A stretch of DNA of 64,000 nt, from NCBI GenBank assembly GCA_965232885.1, contig CBDDQX010000002.1, positions 671,211 through 735,210 on the forward strand, given 5' to 3'. Under the pieces are notes generated by a model, which saw only the letters and a program-made list of their open reading frames with translations, made no database searches and was not told the origin of the DNA. Positions 46,413 through 55,526 of the stretch are shown here, piece by piece. Positions within the stretch are counted from its first letter, which is position 1. Every line of letters starts with the position of its first letter. This DNA is from Dehalococcoidia bacterium (GTDB lineage: Bacteria; Chloroflexota; Dehalococcoidia; Lucifugimonadales; UBA3495). Position numbers and translations under genes: made by a program.

Positions 46413-47933
46413 TCAGCCGCCGTTTATCGCCTTGATCATCGGTTCAAGGGCTGAATCAAACACGTCCGTCAGCAGGGCGGGGTAAACCCCTATGCCGATG
46501 ATGCACACTATCATCAAGGCTAGAGGAACTGCTTCCACCAGCGAAGCGTCGGTCAGGTCGGCAAACCGTTCCCGCGGTGCGCCAAAGAAAGTGCGTTCCA
46601 TCATCCACAGGATGTAACCTGCGGCCAGCACGATGCCCAGCACCGCCAGCACCGTAGGCCAGTCATAGGCCCGGTAGGCGCCGAGGAACACCAGCAACTC
46701 CGAGACGAAACCGCTCAGTCCCGGCAATCCCAGCGAGGCCAGGCCCGCAATGAGCATCGCGGCGGCAACGAAAGGCATTCGCCCGGCCAGCCCGCCGAGG
46801 TCGGGGATGTATCGGGTGTGGGCTTTCTCATAGACGATCCCCACGGCCAGGAACAACAGCCCGGTTATCGTTCCGTGGGTAAATAACTGCATCGCCGCGC
46901 CACTGAGACCAGTGACGGTGAGGCTACCCGTGGATACTCCTACGGAACCAATCCCGAGCATCACCAGACCCATGTGGCTGACGCTGGAATATGCTATCAG
47001 CCGCTTGAGGTCCGTCTGGCGCATGGTCACCACCGCGCCATAGAGCACGCTGACCACGCCCAGGACCACCAATACCCAGGCGAACTGCTCCGTCTGGTTG
47101 GGGAACAGACCGACATTGACCCTGAGCAGACCGTAACCGCCCATCTTGAGCAGCACCCCGGCCAGCATAACGCTGGCGGCGGTGGGTGCATCGGTGTGGG
47201 CGTCGGGCAGCCAGGTGTGCAAGGGCCAGGTAGGCAGCTTGACGGCAAAGGCGACGAAGAACAGCCAGAACAGCCATGCCAGCGGCAGCAAAGTTGCGGC
47301 AGTGGCGAGAATGGCGCCCGGTCCGGACAGCTCAATCAGGTTGAATGTGCCAACATCGGGCGTCAGGAACACCGCGACGATAGCCACCAGCATGAACGCG
47401 CTGCCCAGAATGGTGAAAATCAGGAACTTCATCGCCGAGTATTCTTTTCGCCCGCTCCCCCAGATGGAGATGAGCATATACATCGGCACCAGTTCCAGCT
47501 CCCAGAAGAGGAAGAACAGCAACAGGTCAAGCGATGTAAATACCCCCATAACCGCCGCCTGAAGCAGCAACAGCCAGAAGAAGTATTCCTTGACCCGCAG
47601 CGTTATATGCCACGACGCCAGCACGGCGCAAAGGCCCAGCAGGCCGGTCAGCGCAACCAGCGGCGCAGACAGGCCGTCCACCGCCAGCAGGTACGACGCC
47701 TTCAGCCCGATGTCCGGGATCCATGCAAACTGGTCAACGAACTGGAAACGGGCTGCGTCTTGGCCTCGGTCAAAGAGGCCGAAAACCAGCAGCGCCAGCA
47801 CGAGATCGGCAACCACCACCGCCACCGCCGCGCCGCGAATCACGCGGTCGCCGCGCAAAAGCAGCAGCAGCAGCGCCCCTGCCGCTGGCAGGAACACGGT
47901 TGCCGTCAAGAGTCCGTTGAATTCGGTCGCCAT
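46413..47933 (-). CDS. nuoM: NADH-quinone oxidoreductase subunit M
   Basis: Antiporter-like subunit with LPTWPLHTWLPDAHTDAPTAASVMLAGVLLKMGGYG. Confidence 0.9.
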   Translation of the reverse strand: MATEFNGLLTATVFLPAAGALLLLLLRGDRVIRGAAVAVVVADLVLALLVFGLFDRGQDAARFQFVDQFAWIPDIGLKASYLLAVDGLSAPLVALTGLLGLCAVLASWHITLRVKEYFFWLLLLQAAVMGVFTSLDLLLFFLFWELELVPMYMLISIWGSGRKEYSAMKFLIFTILGSAFMLVAIVAVFLTPDVGTFNLIELSGPGAILATAATLLPLAWLFWLFFVAFAVKLPTWPLHTWLPDAHTDAPTAASVMLAGVLLKMGGYGLLRVNVGLFPNQTEQFAWVLVVLGVVSVLYGAVVTMRQTDLKRLIAYSSVSHMGLVMLGIGSVGVSTGSLTVTGLSGAAMQLFTHGTITGLLFLAVGIVYEKAHTRYIPDLGGLAGRMPFVAAAMLIAGLASLGLPGLSGFVSELLVFLGAYRAYDWPTVLAVLGIVLAAGYILWMMERTFFGAPRERFADLTDASLVEAVPLALMIVCIIGIGVYPALLTDVFDSALEPMIKAINGG

Positions 47934-47994
47934 ATCCGTGGAGACGTTCCTCTTCCTTCGTTTCTAAACCAACCGTTTCTAAACCAGCAGGTTT

Positions 47995-50100
47995 CTAAGC
48001 CAGCAGGAATCCGAGAATAATCAGCAACGAACCCAACGCCACAACCGTGGCGTAAGTCTGCGCCTGCCCGCTCTGGAGCCGCCCGATGGCGGAGCCGATA
48101 TTGCGGAAGAGCCAGCCGACCAGATCAACGAAACCGTCAACGATGCGCCGGTCCAGCCAGTTGGCGAGTCCCGCCAAAACGCGGTAAAAGCTGCGCCGGA
48201 CGATGACTCCCTCGTAGAGCGCATCAATGTAGTACTTCTCCGACAACAGCGTATAGACCGGCCCCAACAAACGCAGCGGCTCGCGTGAGGGGTCCCGTCG
48301 CCGCCCATAAACTGCCAGCCCCAGCACGGCCCCGCCCACAGCCGCCGCGGTGGAGACGCCAGCGATAGCCCAGTTGAACTTGGGGAGTTCGGCGTGCCCT
48401 TCTCCGCCGGTGGCTATATGAAGGCCATCCGCTACGAAGCCCGTGACCCAGTGCACAGGCACACCCAGGAAATCTATCCACTGAGGATTTATTACATACC
48501 CGGCAACTGCCGCTCCTATACCCAGCACAACCATCGGCGCGACCATCACCAGCGGCGACTCGGCCAGATGGACGCCACCGTGTCCGTGGTGGGCCACACC
48601 GTCCGCATTCTCTTCGTCCATATCTTGGGCAGTGTCGTGGTCTGGCGCCGGATGGGCTTGGCTGCCATTTGAGTCAGGCTGCAAGTCCGCCTCTTCTTGG
48701 GCAATCCCGCCACGGAACTCGCCGTAGAACGTCAGCATCACCATGCGCACTGTGTAGAAGGCCGTCAACGCCACGCCCGCGATTAACCCGATGAAGACCA
48801 CGACGTTAATCCAGTCTGCGAGATGGCTGTTGCCATCGAAGGCGGCGAGTAGAATTTCGTCCTTGCTCCAGAACCCAGCCAGCGGGATGATTCCGATGAG
48901 GCTCAGGGCAGCAATCGCCACCAGCAGATAGGTGGCGGGCATATAACGGCGCAGCCCACCCATGTACTGCATGTTGAAGGTGCCGCTGGCATGATTGACG
49001 CTCCCGGCGCCGAGGAAGAGCAGGGCCTTGAATATCGCGTGCGTAACCAGATGGAAGATGGCCGGAGCGTATGCCCCCAACCCCAGCGCGGCCATCATGT
49101 ACCCGAGTTGACTTACCGTCGAGTAAGCCATCACCCGTTTGATGTCGTTCATCACCAAGCCCATCGTAGCGGCCATGATCGCGGTGAACGCGCCAACCAG
49201 CGCCACCACCGCCATCGCGTTGTCGGACTGCTCGAACACCGGGAAGAAGCGCGCAATGAGGAACACTCCGGCGGCCACCATGGTAGCGGCGTGTATCAGC
49301 GCGCTCACCGGCGTTGGGCCTTCCATTGCGTCGGGCAGCCAGGCGTGTAGCGGGAACTGGCCCGACTTACCCGCGGCTCCGGCAAAGATGCCCAGGGCCA
49401 TCCAGGTCAGCGACGCTCCGGCCAGTATCGCGCCACCGGCGGCCAGGGGCTGGGCGGCCTGCCAGATGTCGGGGATGTGGAATGCGTTGAGACCCGCTGC
49501 GGCAAAATCGTCGGCCCTAAGGAACAGATACAGTATGGCAATCAGGAATCCCACGTCGCCGATGCGGGTGATGATGAACGCCTTCTTGGCCGCCGCCGCC
49601 GCCGAGGGCCGCTCGTGCCAGAAGCCAATGAGCAGGTAGGACGACACGCCCACCAGCTCCCAGAAGGCATACAACTGGATGATATTGCTGGAAAGCGTCA
49701 GCCCCAGCATGGAGGCGGTGAACAGGGACATATAGGCGAAGTACCGGGCAAACCCGGGATCGCCCTGCATATATCCCACGGAGTAAATCTGGATTAACAG
49801 GCTGATGGATGTCACCACCACCAGCATCACGGCGGTGAGCGGGTCTACCAGCAGACCCATCTCTATAGTTGCGCCACCAAAGGACAGCCACTCCCAGGTC
49901 CGGAAAACCAGGGCATGGTCAACGATGACCGTGCGCAGCGTCAGGATGGCGATTACGGTAGCGGCAGTTAGCGCGCCAATAGTGCTGACGGCAGCCAGAA
50001 GCGGCCAGCGATTGAGAAAAGGCCGAATGACCAAGGCAATCAAAACGAAAGAGCCCAGTGGAAGAAGGAATATGGCCCAAACGGTGGCTTCGGTGACCAT
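47995..50100 (-). CDS. nuoL: NADH-quinone oxidoreductase subunit L
   Basis: 701 aa, with GKSGQFPLHAWLPDAMEGPTPVSALIHAATMV and a C-terminal lateral-helix region. Confidence 0.9.
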   Translation of the reverse strand: MVTEATVWAIFLLPLGSFVLIALVIRPFLNRWPLLAAVSTIGALTAATVIAILTLRTVIVDHALVFRTWEWLSFGGATIEMGLLVDPLTAVMLVVVTSISLLIQIYSVGYMQGDPGFARYFAYMSLFTASMLGLTLSSNIIQLYAFWELVGVSSYLLIGFWHERPSAAAAAKKAFIITRIGDVGFLIAILYLFLRADDFAAAGLNAFHIPDIWQAAQPLAAGGAILAGASLTWMALGIFAGAAGKSGQFPLHAWLPDAMEGPTPVSALIHAATMVAAGVFLIARFFPVFEQSDNAMAVVALVGAFTAIMAATMGLVMNDIKRVMAYSTVSQLGYMMAALGLGAYAPAIFHLVTHAIFKALLFLGAGSVNHASGTFNMQYMGGLRRYMPATYLLVAIAALSLIGIIPLAGFWSKDEILLAAFDGNSHLADWINVVVFIGLIAGVALTAFYTVRMVMLTFYGEFRGGIAQEEADLQPDSNGSQAHPAPDHDTAQDMDEENADGVAHHGHGGVHLAESPLVMVAPMVVLGIGAAVAGYVINPQWIDFLGVPVHWVTGFVADGLHIATGGEGHAELPKFNWAIAGVSTAAAVGGAVLGLAVYGRRRDPSREPLRLLGPVYTLLSEKYYIDALYEGVIVRRSFYRVLAGLANWLDRRIVDGFVDLVGWLFRNIGSAIGRLQSGQAQTYATVVALGSLLIILGFLLA

Positions 50101-50310
50101 TTACAGCTTCCTCAGTATCTCCTCGGCCACATGTTCCCGTCCCTTGGGAACGTAGACGTTGAAAGGCGACCGCTCGCTCCAGTCCAGGATGCCCCCTTCA
50201 CTCTCTATCGAAGACGGGAGGATGCGGGCGGGCAGACCCTCGCCTTCGAGGGCCTCTTTCCACATCTCAGCCAGCATCAAGTTGGACGCTTTCCTGAACT
50301 CTACCCACAT
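50101..50310 (-). CDS. DUF2007-like small protein inserted between nuoK and nuoL
   Basis: 69 aa: MWVEFRKASNLMLAEMWKEALEGEGLPARI...VYVPKGREHVAEEILRKL. This pattern resembles the DUF2007 (PII-like fold) family. Its stop abuts the nuoL start. Confidence 0.5.
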   Translation of the reverse strand: MWVEFRKASNLMLAEMWKEALEGEGLPARILPSSIESEGGILDWSERSPFNVYVPKGREHVAEEILRKL

Positions 50311-50323
50311 CGCTCGGCTCGCC

Positions 50324-50653
50324 TTAATTCCTCATAGCGGATGCTTCGGTCAAGTCCACCGATTCGTTGGTGCGGTACATGGCGAACACAATGCCCAGGC
50401 CCAAGGCTATCTCCGCCGCCGCAACTGTGATGATGAACACCGCAAAAACCTGGCCCGTAAGGGCTGTGCTTATGTCCTGCTGCAGGCTGGCCGGGGCCAG
50501 GTACTTGGCCATCGCCACCAGGGTGACGTTTACCGCGTTGAACATCAGCTCTATGGACATCAGCACGGCCAGCACGTTGCGGCGGGCCAGAGAGCCGTAC
50601 AGCCCGATGCAGAACAGCACCGCCGCCACAATCATAAACGCTTCAAAGGACAT
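50324..50653 (-). CDS. nuoK: NADH-quinone oxidoreductase subunit K
   Basis: About 100 aa with 3 TM segments and LMSIELMFNAVN. Confidence 0.9.
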   Translation of the reverse strand: MSFEAFMIVAAVLFCIGLYGSLARRNVLAVLMSIELMFNAVNVTLVAMAKYLAPASLQQDISTALTGQVFAVFIITVAAAEIALGLGIVFAMYRTNESVDLTEASAMRN

Positions 50654-50661
50654 TGGACGCC

Positions 50662-50695
50662 CCCATTCTAACCTTCCCTCGGAGGGAGGGGGAAT
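50662..50695 (-). repeat. REP-like hairpin element (family A) at the nuoJ/nuoK junction
   Basis: The reverse complement reads CCCTCCCTCCGAGGGAAGGTTAGAATGGG. It overlaps the last codons of nuoJ (…PSFPLPPREG). Confidence 0.55.
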
Positions 50696-51315
50696 GAAGG
50701 GGAACCGGATGGACCAACCGCAGTCCCGCTCGCCGCAGGTCTGGGCCGCACCAGCGCCAACGCCCCGATAAGGGCGGCCAGCAACAACACCGAAACGGCC
50801 TCGAAGGGCAGCACGAACTTGCCGATGAGCAGGTCCGCCAAGCCCGCGCTTTGCGCCGCTTCCTGTTCCGCCGCTTCCGTAACTCCGGCCTCAACCAGCG
50901 ATTCGGGAGGAATGTTGGCGACCGCTCCGGTCTGCACCAGGTCAACGGTCTGCCGCCCTTCTTCAGACAGGAAATTCCACTGGGTATCCACTGCAACGGT
51001 AACCAGGGCCGCCAGCAGCAGCGCCGCCAGCACCCCGGCGGGAATCTGAAGGCGATTCGGCGGATTGCCGCGCTGAACGTCGCGGGTCAGCATCACGGCA
51101 AAGATTATCAGCACGGAGATGGCCCCGGCGTATATCAGCACCTGGACCACCGCCAGAAACTCGGCGCTGAGCAGCACGAAGTAGCCGCCCACGGCGACGA
51201 ACACCGCCACCAGCAACAGGGCCGCCCGAAACAGATCTCGTATTAGCACGACCCCCAAAGCCGACCCAACGGCCACAACCGTGAGCAGCCAGAACACTAC
51301 ATCCTGGAACAGCAT
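50668..51315 (-). CDS. nuoJ: NADH-quinone oxidoreductase subunit J
   Basis: N-terminal core FLAVVQVLIYAGAISVLIIFAVML, with a long C-terminal extension. Confidence 0.85.
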   Translation of the reverse strand: MLFQDVVFWLLTVVAVGSALGVVLIRDLFRAALLLVAVFVAVGGYFVLLSAEFLAVVQVLIYAGAISVLIIFAVMLTRDVQRGNPPNRLQIPAGVLAALLLAALVTVAVDTQWNFLSEEGRQTVDLVQTGAVANIPPESLVEAGVTEAAEQEAAQSAGLADLLIGKFVLPFEAVSVLLLAALIGALALVRPRPAASGTAVGPSGSPSFPLPPREG

Positions 51316-51939
51316 TTACTTTCCTGCCGCTGGCCCCGAGCTGGTCGAAGGGCCGTCTGAGCTGTCCGGGTTATCTTCCGGTACGGGACGCCCGGAAATT
51401 CGCATTCCAGCCTTTTCCCGCTGGTGCCACTGCCAGGACTCACGGCCCACCTGCTGCCAGTCCAGCGGCTTGCCTGCGCGGGGGTCATATTCCTGATCCT
51501 CCAGTTGCGGGCGGAAGAACGTGCTGGGGTGCTTGTCGGCCTGCCTCAATTCATCAATGGTGATGACCATGTCTTGACGGGAATAGCGCCCCTGCTCGAA
51601 CCCGCTGCCCATGAACAGCGCGTCGTAAGGACAGGCTTCCACGCACAGTCCGCAGAACATACAGCGGTTGATGGAAATGTCGAAAACTTCCAGCCGGTAC
51701 TTGTCTCCCTGAGGCACGGCGGTCTCGCTGGGGCTGGTAACAATCTTGATGATTCCCAGCGGACAATACTTGGCGCAGGAAGCGCAGCCGGTGCATCGCT
51801 CCTCGTACCAGACAAACTCCTCGCCCCGGAAACGCGGGTGCTGTTGCAGCCGCTCCTCCGGGTACTGCACGGTAAAGGGTTTCTTCGTCAGGTTTTTTAG
51901 GGTAACCATCAACCCTTTCACCATCGCCAGCCCATACAT
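51316..51939 (-). CDS. nuoI: NADH-quinone oxidoreductase subunit I
   Basis: Two 4Fe-4S motifs, CTGCASCAKYCP and CMFCGLCVEACP, followed by a C-terminal tail of about 60 aa. Confidence 0.9.
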   Translation of the reverse strand: MYGLAMVKGLMVTLKNLTKKPFTVQYPEERLQQHPRFRGEEFVWYEERCTGCASCAKYCPLGIIKIVTSPSETAVPQGDKYRLEVFDISINRCMFCGLCVEACPYDALFMGSGFEQGRYSRQDMVITIDELRQADKHPSTFFRPQLEDQEYDPRAGKPLDWQQVGRESWQWHQREKAGMRISGRPVPEDNPDSSDGPSTSSGPAAGK

Positions 51940-51940
51940 A

Positions 51941-53170
51941 TCAGTCCGCCTCCACTATGGTGATGCCAGGCGGAAGATTTGGCGCGCCGCCCCGGACCGG
52001 AGCGACAGGCCGGACCTTTTCCCGCACAAGGTTGCCAAATATCAATATGCAGGCCACCATGATCGCCAAGTTGATTCCGGTCATAATTCCCAGGTCGCCG
52101 CGGGTCAGCACACCTGCATCGTCGCGCAGGAAGTAGACCTCCAGCGATGTGGCCAGCAGGTTGATCAGGCTGGCCGGCAGCAGGAACTTCCAGGCAAAGG
52201 CCAACAGTTGGTCAATTCTCAGACGCGGGAAGGTGGCGCGTACCCAGATGAACACCGTAGCCACCGCCATCACCTTCAGCAAGAACCACAGCCAGCCCAG
52301 CCAGCGATCCAACGGCCCTTCCCAACCACTGAGGAACAGGGTGGTGATTACCGCCGAGCCGACCATAACGCCGCCGAACTCGGCAGCCTGTATCATGGCG
52401 AACTTGATGCCGCTGTATTCGGTATGATAGCCCGCGATAAGCTCTGACTCCGCCTCGGCCATGTCGAAGGGCGTCCGGTTCAGTTCGGCTGCAGTCCCGG
52501 CCACGAACACGAAGAACGCCAGCGGCTGCACGATTATAAAGGGCAGCGTCTGAGCCGACACCACATCGGCCAGCGACATCGAACCCGCAATCATCACCAC
52601 GCCCAACAGCGACACCACCACTGGCACCTCGTAGCTTATCAGCACCGCCACACCCCGCGCTGCTCCGAAGAGGGCGAACCGGTTGTTGGAAGACCAACCC
52701 GCCATGAATATGGCGACGGAAGTTATGGACGTCACGGCGAGGATGTAAAGAACGCCGACATTCAGGTTGGCAAGGGCCGTGTCCTTGGCGAAAGGGACCA
52801 CTGCCAGCGTCAGCATCACCGGCGCGACCATCATGATCGGCACTGCCAAGAACACCCATCGGTCGGCGGTTCCCGGCGTCAGGTCTTCCTTGAACAACAG
52901 CTTGATAAGGTCGGCAATGGGCTGGAACATCCCGAAAGGCCCCCATCGGTTGGGGCCCAGCCGGTTCTGAAACTTTCCGATGAGCCTCCGCTCCAGCCAC
53001 GAGAATACGGCGGCGCCCAGCAGCACCGCGTTGGCCAACAGGAGAATTATTACGAAACCGGCGATGAACCACGACAGCCAGCAAGGCAAGACCTGCCCCA
53101 CAAAGTTATAAACCTCGCGGAACAGCGCCGTGTCGTACAGGATATTGCCTGGTTCGAGAACGCAGTTCAC
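51941..53170 (-). CDS. nuoH: NADH-quinone oxidoreductase subunit H
   Basis: ERRLIGKFQNRLGPNRWGPFGMFQPIADLIK and NRTPFDMAEAESELIAGYHTEYSG. Confidence 0.9.
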   Translation of the reverse strand: MNCVLEPGNILYDTALFREVYNFVGQVLPCWLSWFIAGFVIILLLANAVLLGAAVFSWLERRLIGKFQNRLGPNRWGPFGMFQPIADLIKLLFKEDLTPGTADRWVFLAVPIMMVAPVMLTLAVVPFAKDTALANLNVGVLYILAVTSITSVAIFMAGWSSNNRFALFGAARGVAVLISYEVPVVVSLLGVVMIAGSMSLADVVSAQTLPFIIVQPLAFFVFVAGTAAELNRTPFDMAEAESELIAGYHTEYSGIKFAMIQAAEFGGVMVGSAVITTLFLSGWEGPLDRWLGWLWFLLKVMAVATVFIWVRATFPRLRIDQLLAFAWKFLLPASLINLLATSLEVYFLRDDAGVLTRGDLGIMTGINLAIMVACILIFGNLVREKVRPVAPVRGGAPNLPPGITIVEAD

Positions 53171-54315
53171 CGGTCTACTTCACCCATGTTTATGTCAATG
53201 CTACCCAAGGTAACTATCATGTCGGCCAGCTTCCAGCCCACCAGCAGGCGCTCGGTCACCGTAAGGTTGAGCAGGGATGGAGAGCGTATCTTGCAGCGAT
53301 AGGGACTGATGCCGCCGTCGCTAACCAGGTAGAATGCCAGTTCGCCCTTTGAGGCTTCCACCCGGCCGTAGGCCTCGACGCCGGGTTCGGGGCGCAGCAC
53401 CAGAGGCGCCTCGGCGCGCACCGGGCCCGGTTCAATCTGTGCCGCGCACTGGCGGATAATCCGCACACTCTGTCGGATTTCCTGAATTCTCACCCAGAAA
53501 CGGTCGTAGTTGTCGCCGTTTTCCGCGGTTGGAACGTCGAACTCCACCAAGTCATAGGCGTCGTAGGGTTCCACCTTGCGCCAGTCCCAGGCAAGGCCGC
53601 TGGCCCGCAGCACCGGCCCGCTCACCGAGCAGTTTATCGCCACGTCCAGCGGGAGGAGACTGACGCCCCGCGTGCGGACCATGATGATTTCATTTTCCAG
53701 CAGGAGTTGTTCAAGCTCCTTGAACTCCTCCTCGAAATCTTCCAGGAATCGGTCCAGGGCGGGCCAAAATTCGGGCGGCGCGTCGAAAAACACTCCCCCG
53801 GGTCGCATATAGCTGACGGTTATGCGGGCGCCGCACAGCATCTCAAACAGGTCCAGGATGCGCTCGCGGGAACGGAAGCAATACATCAGGGGTGTGCCCA
53901 AGGCGCCCAGGTCCTGGATGATGAACCCGATGCCCATGAGATGGGCCGCAATGCGCTGCAACTCGGCGGCCAGCGTCCGAAGGTACTTGCCCCGCATCGG
54001 CACTTCCGCCCCGAGCAGCTTCTCCACCGCAAGGCAGTAGGCCTGGTTGTTTATCATAGACGACACGTAGTCCAGCCGGTCGGTCAGCGTTACCACTTGG
54101 GTGTAGTTGCGCTCTTCCGCCAGCTTTTCCGTGCCGCGATGCAGGTAGCCGAAAATCGGCTCAACCTCCAGGATTTCCTCACCGTCGAAGGTGACTCGCA
54201 ACCGGAACACCCCGTGGGTGCTGGGGTGCTGCGGGCCGATATTGACCGTCATCGGCTCGGTGCGAATGGCCTGTCCTGAGCCCGCCGAAGGGCCTGCTCC
54301 TGCGGAATTGATCAT
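53167..54315 (-). CDS. nuoD: NADH-quinone oxidoreductase subunit D
   Basis: The ATG at 54315 forms an ATGA overlap with the nuoC stop. Contains IRTEPMTVNIGPQHPSTHGVFRL. Confidence 0.9.
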   Translation of the reverse strand: MINSAGAGPSAGSGQAIRTEPMTVNIGPQHPSTHGVFRLRVTFDGEEILEVEPIFGYLHRGTEKLAEERNYTQVVTLTDRLDYVSSMINNQAYCLAVEKLLGAEVPMRGKYLRTLAAELQRIAAHLMGIGFIIQDLGALGTPLMYCFRSRERILDLFEMLCGARITVSYMRPGGVFFDAPPEFWPALDRFLEDFEEEFKELEQLLLENEIIMVRTRGVSLLPLDVAINCSVSGPVLRASGLAWDWRKVEPYDAYDLVEFDVPTAENGDNYDRFWVRIQEIRQSVRIIRQCAAQIEPGPVRAEAPLVLRPEPGVEAYGRVEASKGELAFYLVSDGGISPYRCKIRSPSLLNLTVTERLLVGWKLADMIVTLGSIDINMGEVDR

Positions 54316-54773
54316 CCCAGGAAGTCCTTTCGCAGCGGATGACCCTCGAAACCTTCCCACAGCATGATGCGCTTCATGTTGGGATGACCTTCGAAGCGAA
54401 TGCCCATCAGGTCCCAGATTTCCCGTTCCTGGAAGTCCGCTCCACGCCAGAGGTGATAGACCGACGGCGCCACCAGGTTCTCCCGCCCTTCCAACCGCGT
54501 CCGCATAATAGCCTTGTGGCCCTTGCGGAAGGAAGTGAGGTGATAGACCAGCTCGAAGTGGCCCACGAAGTCTATGGCGGATATGGCGTTCAGGTACTGG
54601 AAGTCCAGCTCATCGTCCTGTTGCAGAAAGGCCGCTGTCTCCGAAATGTACGGCGCCTTGACCCACAGGACATCGTCTCGGCCGCTCTGGGGAGCAAGCC
54701 CCTCCGCCAATTCCGGAGTCGCCTCGTAGACTCGCTGCGCCAAGGCAGGGCCATTGAGTTGCGGCAAGGGCAT
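54312..54773 (-). CDS. nuoC: NADH-quinone oxidoreductase subunit C
   Basis: WRGADFQEREIWDLMGIRFEGHP motif. Confidence 0.9.
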   Translation of the reverse strand: MPLPQLNGPALAQRVYEATPELAEGLAPQSGRDDVLWVKAPYISETAAFLQQDDELDFQYLNAISAIDFVGHFELVYHLTSFRKGHKAIMRTRLEGRENLVAPSVYHLWRGADFQEREIWDLMGIRFEGHPNMKRIMLWEGFEGHPLRKDFLG

Positions 54774-54778
54774 CCCTA

Positions 54779-55441
54779 CTACCCCTCCGCCTGCGCCGAG
54801 CCGTCAGAAGAGCCCCTGCCCAGCAGCGAACGCAAGGAAAGGGACGGCGTATTCCGTTGGCGCTTGATCTTCTCGTGCAGCTCCATGATGCCGTACAGCA
54901 GCGCGTCCGGGCGTGGCGGGCAGCCCGGCACGTACACATCCACCGGGATGATATGGTCAACGCCGGGAACCACGCTGTATGAGCCGTAGTATGGGCCACC
55001 GCTGGTGGCGCAGACGCCCATGGAAATAACCCACTTTGGCTCCGCCATCTGCTCGTAGATGCGCCGGATGGGCGGGGCCATCTTCCACGTCACGGTGCCA
55101 GCGATGATGAGCAGATCAGCCTGGCGGGGCGAGGCGCGAAAGGCCTCCATCCCGAAGCGGGCGATGTCGAACCGGCCCATGCTGCTGGCAATCATCTCGA
55201 AGGCGCAGCAGGCCAGCCCGAAGGTGACCGGCCAGGCTGAGGACTTGCGGCCCCAGTTGACCAGGGCGTCAATGGAGGTAACCATCAGGTTGCCCTTCAG
55301 GTCGTCGGGCACTTCGATGATTGAATCGGACAGCGGCTCCGGCGAAGCGTCCTTAAGCTCTTGGACGGCGCGGCCCTCGTTCCGGTCCAGTTCCCAAGTG
55401 CGGGCCTGTAGCGGTTCTCCGTTTTGCGATGGCTGTATCAT
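54779..55441 (-). CDS. nuoB: NADH-quinone oxidoreductase subunit B
   Basis: ATG at 55441 with a [23 protein letters not shown] and [10 protein letters not shown]...[12 protein letters not shown]. The upstream part of the ORF-track ORF is translated REP sequence. Confidence 0.9.
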   Translation of the reverse strand: MIQPSQNGEPLQARTWELDRNEGRAVQELKDASPEPLSDSIIEVPDDLKGNLMVTSIDALVNWGRKSSAWPVTFGLACCAFEMIASSMGRFDIARFGMEAFRASPRQADLLIIAGTVTWKMAPPIRRIYEQMAEPKWVISMGVCATSGGPYYGSYSVVPGVDHIIPVDVYVPGCPPRPDALLYGIMELHEKIKRQRNTPSLSLRSLLGRGSSDGSAQAEG

Positions 55442-55462
55442 CCTCGCCCCCTGACCTTCACA

Positions 55463-55515
55463 CTCCCTCTCCCTTGAGGCAGAGGGCTGGGATGAGGGTG
55501 AGATTGCTGAAACAA
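55463..55515 (+). repeat. REP-like hairpin element (family A) between nuoA and nuoB
   Basis: CTCCCTCTCCCTTGAGGCAGAGGGCTGGGATGAGGGTGAGATTGCTG. Confidence 0.65.
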
Positions 55516-55526
55516 CGATCCAAGGA

